Source of the DNA: Oopsacas minuta
Lineage: Eukaryota; Animalia; Porifera
DNA length: 7,083 nt
Direction of reading: 5' to 3'
NCBI GenBank assembly: GCA_024704765.1
Contig: JAKMXF010000095.1
Location: forward strand, 1 to 7,083
Below, piece after piece: positions 1-7,083 of this stretch. Position numbers and translations under genes: made by a program. Positions within the stretch are counted from its first letter, which is position 1. Each line of letters begins with the position of its first letter. Below the pieces are notes generated by a model. That model ran no database searches. It saw only the letters and a list, made by a program, of their open reading frames with translations, and was not told where the DNA came from.

Positions 1-1364
1 GAATCAGAAGAATTTTGATAAGACAATGTATTTCCCCAAGTTGGAAGATTTTGAGATTGATAAATGCCAGTACCCCCTTTGTCTCCATTCAGCATCTTTC
101 AAGATGTACGCCTTCTATACAGCTCTGAAAGAGGAAGTTCAGCGAAAATGGCTCCTCAGTTTACAGTACAAGCTTGTTTTTCCTTCTAGTGTAGAAAGAC
201 GGAATGTCAGATTGGTTTTTGAAGGTTCTAAATGATCTACACTATCCGCTCTTGAGATCCAAAATGAAAAACGTTGTGAAGAATATCGCAATAATACATC
301 TATCTTTGATGGAATCCTTCTTACTCTGTGGAAAATATTCAATGTTGGTACACCCTTCAAAGGCATCAGTTTAAATGACAATATCTCAACACTCTTGATC
401 TTACACGATGATCGTTTCATATATTTAGGTAGTATAGTGTATTGGCTAGATGCTTGGCAATCCTTACCTGGCAAATCGGGTAAATTGAGTAAGCAAACGT
501 ATACTAGGTTGAGACACGCTTGTATTGCTTTAGAACAGATACCGAACTATCTAACTGAGTCATGTGGAATTTCTTGTTTTGTCTGAATTTCTGCAAACAG
601 ACCCATTGGAACATCATTTTGGACTCTATCGTATGATAGCTGGTTCGAATTATCATATTTCCTACATTCAAATTCTTGAATCCGAGCGTCGTCTTAAGCT
701 CTCTAACATCCTAAAAAATTTTTCTGACCTAAAGGACTCTTCTCAATTCATACATACTTTTGTAAATCTTTTACTTCACCTTCTATTACTTCTAGTGATG
801 GCCAAATAGTTCTGAGCCGTATCTTGATGGAATTGGTGGTATATTATCTATTGAATACACTCAGCAGATACTCCAGTCGTTGGCTTTTATGGAGGTTATT
901 CTGTCTATGAATTCTTGAAAGGGTTTAAAGAATGTAGATTGTACACTGATACGCTAACGTATGATAAAGAATTTATTTCTGACAGTGATTCGATTACTCA
1001 ATTCAAGCTCTTGCAATTAGCAGATCGAGGGGGCTCAAGCATCCATCTGAGCCTGTTCTTAGCTCTGTGATTACTCTCTGGAAGATTCTGTTTGCTATTG
1101 AGGACAGTGATAATTTAGCGAATCTAGCTATACACTGTCCGGCTAGAAAAATGTTAATTGAGCTCACATTGATAACATGGAAGATGAAGCAAGTATTGAT
1201 ATCTGGAATTCAAACTGTTATATTTGTAATGTTACTAGATGGGCTATCTTACGTAAAATATTTTTCCTACTGCTAATTGCTTTGTTGCCAACAAGATTAA
1301 GAACTATAATTCGCTTGTAACTTCTAGGGGTATAGGAAAACGTAAAATGAAAAAGTTCTCATGA
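1..1364 (+). pseudogene. P-element/THAP9-like transposase, C-terminal part, multiply frameshifted and 5'-truncated by the window edge
   Basis: Manual translation across frameshifts gives ASFQDVRLLYSSE...PSSVERRNVRLV, LWKIFNVGTPFKG, GKLSKQTY, LQTDPLEHHFGLYRM (P-type catalytic E in QxDxLE, codon 609-611), DRGG/LKHPS (1023-1045) and a basic tail GKRKMKKFS* (stop 1362-1364). Track ORFs 26-235, 395-586, 564-809 and 1067-1276 are fragments of this. Confidence 0.85.
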
Positions 1365-1461
1365 TTTTGTGAAGTGTATGTGTTATTATTGTAATTGTAT
1401 GTATTTACATTTCTTATGTATGTTGATTGGATAATTGTTCAATATCCATTAATGAATTTCG

Positions 1462-1467
1462 AATAAA
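1462..1467 (+). promoter_or_regulatory. Possible polyadenylation signal of the P-like transposase transcript
   Basis: AATAAA about 100 nt after the stop codon, following a TG-rich 3'UTR-like tract. Weak evidence, because the hexamer is common in AT-rich DNA. Confidence 0.25.
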
Positions 1468-1528
1468 ATTTCAATATCTTAGTTTAATACCAGCGAGGGG
1501 TTATTAATAATAATTTACTGTTATGCCT

Positions 1529-1538
1529 TTATATTTTG
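1529..1538 (+). repeat. Left TSD of the MULE (TTATATTTTG)
   Basis: 9/10 identical to TTATATTTAG at 5804-5813 and directly abuts the inferred terminus. TSDs of about 9-11 bp are typical of Mutator. Confidence 0.7.
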
Positions 1539-1638
1539 GGGGCGCTGCATTTCTTAGAAATTTGAGACTCTCATTTGTTAGAATTCTCCCAACTGTCACT
1601 TGTTAGAGTGGTTTTTCAGGTTACTGTCACTTGTAGAA
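1539..1638 (+). repeat. MULE left TIR with three subterminal copies of a CTSTCAYTTG(T)TAGA motif
   Basis: ctctcatttgttaga (1568), ctgtcacttgttaga (1593) and ctgtcacttgtaga (1624), mirrored at the right end. Confidence 0.7.
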
Positions 1639-1866
1639 TTATTAGTGTATCCATATAATTTATGTCAATTTTATGTATTCTCATTTAATTTTTCTATAGT
1701 TCAGAATTCATTAAATCTACGTCTCATCATCAACATTTCTGAAATCTGATTCTTGGTTAAATAAACAACTTTCTTGTTTTTGACTGCCACTTCACTTATG
1801 AAACCTATACACAAACTTCCAAATAGAGTATAAATTCATAACTTAACTGTTGTAAATATTATTGTC

Positions 1867-2728
1867 ATGGGATACACATTAGATGAATACAAGCTCATTT
1901 GGGAAGAATTTTTACAACTCAAGATGGTAACAAATATATTAAATCAAAAGTAAAGGGCAATTTGTGTACCTTCGATGTGTGTTGTTTAGAGATGGTGTAA
2001 GGCTTCTAGTAAACTTAATCATGAAACCAATTGATCATACCTTTGAATTTGCATAATCATAATGTCGAAAAGTATCAAACAGAAGTTTATCAATTGAAAA
2101 CAAAATGCGAAACTACTGCCGCGAGTTCACAAACTAACCTTCGAAGAGTTTTTGAGGATGTTACAAGAAATGATCCTGTGCAAGTGATATCTCCTTTACA
2201 GACTGCGAGTCATCCCTCTCTCGAGCGAGACGAAAACTACAACCAAAAATTCCGCTTACAGCTTCCGAGTTTGTTGCTGTTGCCAACAACAACATTGGGG
2301 ATTATTATAAGTATAGCGTATCGAGAAGTGAACAAACAGATGTGATCTTTTTACAGCGCAGATGCAGACATTGTTGGGCGAGGTGACCAATGTTCAATTT
2401 GATGGAACATTTTTTACCGTTCCAACTCAATTAGCTGTGGATAATATGTATTTCAGTGGGAAGACATACTCTACCAGCTATACATTTTTAATGACATCCA
2501 AGACCCAGAATTATATCAAGCAGTTTTGGAAAGTATATTTATTCATATTCCACAATTTCAGACATTACGACTATGTCAGATTGGGAACCAGTAGCAGGAC
2601 ATGCTTTTGAGGTAGTGTTCCCTCAAGCGAGAATTTACGATTGCTGGTTTCATTATACTAGCGAATTTGGGCTAAATCACAAAAATTTGGTCTTATCCAA
2701 AGTTTTGGAATAATCCAGAAGTAAGTGC
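1867..2728 (+). pseudogene. MULE transposase, 5' part: FLYWCH/WRKY-like Zn finger plus first half of the DDE domain (frameshifted)
   Basis: YLRCVLFRDG/CKAS...LHNH (1967-2060; C-x6-C...H-x-H). VQFDGTFFTVP (D at 2401), then LWIICISVGRHTLPAIHFLMTSKTQ and MSDWE (D at 2579). VFPQARIYDCWFHY carries the MULE CxxH signature (2642-2653). The start codon is uncertain. Confidence 0.88.
2721..2728 (+). repeat. Left TSD of the hAT element (GTAAGTGC)
   Basis: 7/8 identical to GTAACTGC at 4801-4808. An 8-bp TSD is the hAT hallmark. Confidence 0.85.
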
Positions 2729-2904
2729 CAGGGCGTCGATTTAAAAACAGATTCGGGGGCGAAAATCTTGTTGTTTATTATTAAGTAAAATGGAGGAAAG
2801 GCGAAGTTTCGATCTTTACATACTAGCATGTGATTTATTATTATTTATTAGAATCCATTGGGACGTAATATGCTTGCTTATTGTACAATCAAATTAGTTC
2901 TTTA

Positions 2905-3227
2905 ATGGCAAGTCAATCAACAAATCAAGATGAAGAACCTAATCCAAAAAGACAAAGAATCCTGTAAAACCAACCGAAAGGTAAAATTTTCCCAACTGAC
3001 CCTAATTCTAAGAGGAAGTGTTTACCTGTATGGTTTGAGCAATTCACATGGCTGGAGTGGGACTCAGAACTTAAGGCAACATTTTGTCATCCTTGTAGGC
3101 AAGTATAGTCAGTTGACTCATTACGTAATAGCAAGGGAGATGAATTTTTTGTTACTATTGGATTTACGAATTGGAAAAAGCTACTGAGAAATTTAAGATT
3201 CATGAATCTTCTCATACACATCGTTCA
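2905..3227 (+). pseudogene. hAT transposase N-terminus with TTF-type Zn finger (ZMYM1/52K-like hAT group)
   Basis: ATG at 2905: MASQSTNQDEEPNPKRQRIL.../VWFEQFTWLEWDSELKATFCHPCRQV*...GFTNWKK/ATEKFKIHESSHTHRS. This fits the ZnF-TTF pattern W..F.WL...FC..C...GF.NWK...F..HE.S..H. Confidence 0.8.
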
Positions 3228-3555
3228 TAGAATCGATTACGCATTTGACGTGTAATTTATCGCACAATATTGTTCGCCATCATACTAGTACTTCTTCTTG
3301 TACTTCGATCGAAGTCCATGATGTTGTTTTCAGGAGCCATTTCGGTAAATCTTTTGAATCAGAAGCACGTAGAACTAAAAGTTGCTTAAAATTAGATTCC
3401 GAGTCAATATGACCACGTGTAGGCAGTCCTTGGCTTACCAAGTATCTCAAACTTGTGAAAATTCGGATAAGGCACTCGTGGGCAACTTTCTTGTTTGCTG
3501 TTTGTTGATCAAATAATTTTTCAACGGCGCTCGTTCCAGAAATGTGTTTGTGAAT
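3228..3555 (-). pseudogene. Inverted internal segment of the hAT transposase (DUF4371-like region)
   Basis: The minus strand reads IHKHISGTSAVEKLF...IFTSLRYLVSQGLPTRGHIDSESNFKQLLVLRA...WLLKTTSWTSIEVQEE.../MMANNIVR*ITRQMRNRFY. This hAT block normally lies between the TTF finger and the first catalytic D, but the flanking parts here are on the plus strand. Confidence 0.85.
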
Positions 3556-4601
3556 TTTATCACGTATGACGAGACGTCTAATATTTCTCGCATTGAACAA
3601 CTGAGCATCTGTTTTCGTACTGTAGATAGTGACCTATCTCCCAATGAAAGAGTGCTTGGCTTCTATGCTCTTGATAAGTGCGATGCTGAATCAATATTTT
3701 CAGCAATCAAAGACACCCTCCTTCTGGATATCTTAAACGATTAGTTGAATTTGATGTCTGTTTTGGTCTCTGTTTTTCGCTCAAAATATTTGGATTGACA
3801 GATAATTAGCAAACATCTCAAAGGAAAAACTATTTCAGTAGGGGAAGGAATAAATCTGTTTGATTTACAATCTCAGTTTTAGAATCAATGCACTGTGAGG
3901 AGAAATTTAAACTACTATGGACAGAAACGGAGAATTTTCGTAAGCAACATGGAGGGGAAGCTGCAAAGCTTCCACACAAAGTAAGGCGTCCAAGTCCTTT
4001 TGATATTGCTATGCAACATGTTTGGCAAACGCCAGAAGAGTACTATCTCTCAATATACTATCAAGTTCTTGATCATGCCTGCGATTGGTTAAGAAGTTGA
4101 ATTATTAACAAATATATACCAATTTTGGAAGCAATTGAAAAACTCTTAGATAGTGTTTGGAAAGGAGCACCAGTCAACTCAGATAACCTTAATCTCGTTT
4201 GTAATCATTACGGTAAGGATATTTTGGATTCGAAACGTCTTGAAGCATAACTTCTTTGCTTGAAGTATCTTCCGGAACGAATTTTACATCCAAAAGCTTC
4301 TGTTTCTCAAATTATGAAACTTATTTCAAAAAGCGAGATGAGACATTTATATCCAATGGTAGTCAACATTATTCAGCTATATCTTGTATCCCCTACTACT
4401 ACAACCAATGCAGAGAGATCATTTAGTCAGCTACGAAGGTTGAAGACTCATTTAAGAAGCATGATGAATCAAAGACGTCTCAATGCACTGCTTATACTCA
4501 CACCATACCACGAAGAACTCGATTCTCTTAACATTGATGAATTAGTGAATGATTTTGTATTGAGAAATGAAACAAGGCGTAACATTTTTCGTAGCAATTA
4601 A
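3556..4601 (+). pseudogene. hAT transposase catalytic and hATC dimerization region, internally deleted and frameshifted
   Basis: FITYDETSNISRIEQLSICFRTVD (first D at 3568), ERVLGFY, FGLCFSLKIFGLTDN, YYLSIYYQVLD, and LVSPTTTTNAERSFSQLRRLKTHLRSMMNQRRLNAL (E at 4413; hATC motif). Stop at 4599-4601. Confidence 0.92.
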
Positions 4602-4734
4602 CATAATTGAAATGAACCATATTTCATAGTTTTAGTTGATTTTTTGTCTTAACATATGGAATTTATCAAATATTATTGTCATACTAATAAGTACCAAATT
4701 TAAGATAGGAAAGATATAAAGCGGGTAAAATATT

Positions 4735-4779
4735 GGGGGGGGGGGGGGGAAATGATGCTCTTGCCCCCCCCCCCCCCCC
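4735..4779. repeat. G15 / 14-nt spacer / C16 inverted homopolymer tract in the hAT 3' subterminus
   Basis: G run at 4735-4749 and C run at 4764-4779, just inside the right TIR. Confidence 0.9.
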
Positions 4780-4800
4780 TCCCCAGGATCTACGCCCTTG

Positions 4801-4808
4801 GTAACTGC
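4801..4808 (+). repeat. Right TSD of the hAT element (GTAACTGC)
   Basis: 7/8 match to 2721-2728. Confidence 0.85.
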
Positions 4809-5343
4809 TTACATAGAACAATTAATGGCAATCCTGTTTTTGCCAGCTCCCCTAATTATTCCCACTTTCAACTTCCTTCTAATTCCGGTCACAGAAAATA
4901 CTGAGAAATTAAAACTCGAAAACTTAGGAACTATTGCAAAAAGTTGGATCAACCAAATAACTCCGGAGGAACTTTCTATTGATGATATCAACATCGCTAC
5001 AAATAATGGGGCAGAAAGTTATCACTCTAAACGTAAATCAATCGTGAGGACCAATCATCCAAGGATATGGACATTCATAGAAACTCTAAACGAATTAATA
5101 CAAGTACAGATAATGATATGGACGTTTACGGGAATGAAGAGAAATCAGCAGACCGCGAAAAAACCAGAACATAAAAAATGAAGAACGTAAGAATATTTGC
5201 TAACAGAAGTTGTCTTGTGGAGACTACAACCCGATAAAATTACTGAAAGTGATTAGCAACATAAATTCGCAAGAACACTTTCATCAAATTATTCTGATTG
5301 ATCTGACGACGAAAATGTTGAGGCAACTGGAGAAATTCACAAT

Positions 5344-5463
5344 TGCGTTATTTATCTTGCGCCTCGTACAGATACATGGATCTTCATGCCGTGTAGACAT
5401 GCCAACTACTGTACGGAGTGTAGCAAATCAATTGAAGAACTAGGACACCCTTGTCCAGTGTGC
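5344..5463 (+). other. RING-HC (C3HC4) finger coding remnant, not shown in the ORF track
   Basis: C-x2-Y-x12-C-x-H-x3-C-x2-C-x10-C-x2-C. Seven of eight ligands are intact. The second Cys reads TAT, one substitution from TGT. Confidence 0.85.
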
Positions 5464-5730
5464 AGTTCGATAATCGAAACACGCTTTCAAATATTCACTA
5501 GTTAATAACATTTAATATTATGATCTTTCATTTTATATAATTATTTCACCTTCAATTAATTATATTATTACTATATTTACCAGGTATATCATTAAAGCTA
5601 TCATTTATCTCCACGAAATATACATTCAATACATAAAAATTCGTCAAATTCATAATACCCGATATACATAGTTGAAACTAAAAATAATACATGTAAGCAC
5701 TGATACTAACGGAATATTTATTCAAAATTT

Positions 5731-5803
5731 CTAAAAGTGACAATCGGTTGTAATTATATTCTAACAAATGATAGTCTCAAAATTTTAAAAATATATGCAC
5801 CTC
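5731..5803 (-). repeat. MULE right TIR
   Basis: 5758-5781 is a 23/24 inverted match to 1561-1584. CTAAAAGTGACA (5731-5742) is an inverted subterminal motif. Confidence 0.75.
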
Positions 5804-5813
5804 TTATATTTAG
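5804..5813 (+). repeat. Right TSD of the MULE (TTATATTTAG)
   Basis: 9/10 match to 1529-1538. Confidence 0.7.
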
Positions 5814-6387
5814 TAGGCTATGGCTCTACAGTATTAGTATAGGATTCTTATATATGCCAATTTTAACTTGTTAATAACTATGGATACATGACATATAGAG
5901 GAAATCATAATGAAAAAATTATTCCCACACTGAGCATTGTTCAAAAACACCATAAAAAATGGGTTATCAGATATGAAAAATTCCATACTGAATCTCCTTA
6001 TATAAATGTAGAATTATTAAATTATTATGAATAAATCAATATCCTTAATGATTTTTCATGCATTTGTCAGCTTACAACCCAAATTTGGCGCCCTTGGCTC
6101 AAAGAAATTCCACACGCCTCAGGTCCTGGCCACGTTTTGGGTTTGTTTGAGGGGCCCTCACAGAAGATTTCCTTATGGTAAATGTCTGAGGCGTCAGCGC
6201 CTTAATACTTTGTTATTCGGATAATTTTATTGGGCCCATGTCTGGAAGGACTCCCTCATTTGTGTCCACACAATGTGTGAACTTGTCTGTGGGCCCTCCC
6301 AATTTTATGTATACTGTAACTTATGCAAAATTTTTTTGAATATTTTCATTTCGAAGATTTGAGTGATGATGGAATGTTTGGGAGACA

Positions 6388-6561
6388 GTCAACTACCTAG
6401 TATCAACTCATCCATATCTTTTGAGTTAACTCGTCCCTTTATTTTAAATCAACTCGTGCTTACTACAAGTCACCTTCATTTTTGTTCAAATCGTACTTAA
6501 TATTTCTATCAACTCTACCTGTTTTACGTCTCTCTATGTTGAGGTGTCAAGGACGAGTTAA
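6388..6561. repeat. Degenerate short-motif array (consensus about TCAACTCGTMC) with one inverted copy; probable MITE remnant
   Basis: gtcaactacc 6388, atcaactcatcc 6402, ttaactcgtcc 6426, atcaactcgtgc 6448, ttcaaatcgtac 6485, atcaactctacc 6508. ggacgagttaa at 6551-6561 is the exact reverse complement of 6426-6436. Confidence 0.5.
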
Positions 6562-6724
6562 TATTTAGAACAAGTTGGAACCTGCGGTATCGCTTACTTC
6601 TTAACTGTTAGTTCAGGGTGTGGGCAGAGTAAGCAGCTGCCCACGGGGGCCTCCACAAAAGATAGTCAACAACTATTTCATGTTCAATTTATATAGTTTG
6701 ACATTTTGTACATGTCTCATTTAG

Positions 6725-6757
6725 CAGGGGCGGATCTAGAAAAATCTGGTGGGGGGG
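6725..6757 (+). mobile_element. Probable left end of another hAT-like element or MITE (CAGGGGCGGATCTAG...GGGGGGG)
   Basis: Resembles the TIRs of the 2729-4800 element (CAAGGGCGTAGATCC) and is followed by a G run. No partner TIR was found in the window. Confidence 0.5.
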
Positions 6758-7083
6758 TATGCCGCCTACCCAAACGTCATAATATTCAATTATTGGATTT
6801 TGCTCTTTTACTTTATCATTATTTGTTTTTTCCCTTATTTTAACAAATTGTAATTATACTATAACAGCCAGTATTTCTCAATATGTAGTGTTTTAACCCA
6901 GCATCAACAAATATTTCATAGTGATGTATGGATTTTATGCGATTTTTATGTTAGGCTTAATCTCCATGACCAATTTAACCATTTTGACAAGTATTCTAAG
7001 GTACTCCAAAATAATTGTGTTCTTAATACAAACATTATGTATGTGTGTTCATAGTTTAATATATAATGAGAGTTTCTGAATGT

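Larger units (their letters stand above)
2729..4800 (+). mobile_element. hAT-superfamily DNA transposon (defective: internal inversion and deletion) nested in the MULE
   Basis: Left end CAGGGCGTCGAT (2729-2740) versus right-end revcomp CAAGGGCGTAGAT (4788-4800), differing by one indel and one mismatch. 8-bp TSD, internal hAT transposase, and excision restores the MULE frame. Confidence 0.9.
4801..5505 (+). pseudogene. MULE transposase 3' part (catalytic E), acidic linker and C-terminal RING finger
   Basis: AYIEQLMAILFLP...ATNNGAESYHSK...HPRIWTFIETLN (TNNxxES motif, E at 5014). Frame 2 then reads REISRPRKNQNIKNEERKNIC*QKLSCGDYNPIKLLKVISNI. Frame 1 then reads SDDENVEATGEIHNCVIYLAPRTDTWIFMPCRHANYCTECSKSIEELGHPCPVCSSIIETRFQIFTS* (stop 5503-5505). 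Confidence 0.85.
1539..5803 (+). mobile_element. Mutator-like (MULE) DNA transposon, full length but decayed, interrupted by a hAT insertion
   Basis: TIR core 1561-1584 TTTGAGACTCTCATTTGTTAGAAT matches the reverse complement of 5758-5781 at 23/24. Termini are GGGGCGC (1539) and revcomp GAGGTGC (5803). There is a 10-bp TSD and an internal MULE transposase remnant. Confidence 0.85.

Noticed and set aside
139-474. 111-aa minus-strand ORF
   Set aside because: Antisense shadow of the P-like transposase with no recognisable motifs.
2930-3187. 85-aa plus-strand ORF (MKNLIQK...)
   Set aside because: Off-frame reading of the hAT ZnF-TTF region; the conserved motifs are in another frame.
3302-3315. 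Perfect 14-bp palindrome ACTTCGATCGAAGT
   Set aside because: It lies in transposase coding sequence, away from the inversion breakpoints; probably chance.
3280-3600. Minus-strand ORF as an independent gene or a second opposite-strand hAT
   Set aside because: It has no TIRs or TSD of its own, fills exactly the gap between flanking plus-strand hAT blocks, and is explained by an inversion.
3447-3644. 65-aa minus-strand ORF
   Set aside because: Straddles the inversion junction and is antisense or off-frame to the hAT coding sequence.
4809-4994. 61-aa minus-strand ORF
   Set aside because: Antisense to the MULE transposase remnant.
6027-6224. 65-aa plus-strand ORF
   Set aside because: No recognisable domain and lies in repeat-like non-coding DNA.
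6223-6308. 70-bp segment with GGGCCC near both ends, flanked by AATTTTAT direct repeats (possible tiny MITE)
   Set aside because: The AT-rich 8-mer is common here, GGGCCC is self-palindromic, and the termini do not form a proper TIR.
6388-6561. CRISPR-like or prokaryotic repeat interpretation
   Set aside because: The repeats are only about 11 bp, degenerate and irregularly spaced, there are no cas genes, and the context is eukaryotic transposon DNA.

Overview
AT-rich, eukaryote-type (probably invertebrate) DNA with no intact gene. It is a nest of decayed cut-and-paste DNA transposons. (1) 1-1364: frameshifted C-terminal part of a P-element/THAP9-type transposase. (2) 1539-5803: a Mutator-like (MULE) element bounded by terminal inverted repeats (TIRs) and a 10-bp target-site duplication (TSD). 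Its single reconstructed ORF reads FLYWCH/WRKY-like Zn finger, MULE DDE domain, acidic linker, C-terminal C3HC4 RING finger. (3) 2729-4800: a hAT element with TIRs and an 8-bp TSD inserted into the MULE catalytic domain. Its ZnF-TTF/hATC transposase gene carries a ~330-bp internal inversion and an internal deletion. The MULE may itself sit within the P element's 3' terminus. 5.8-7.08 kb is non-coding, with further transposon-end-like motifs. All protein and family assignments come from manual translation and motif recognition, not database searches.
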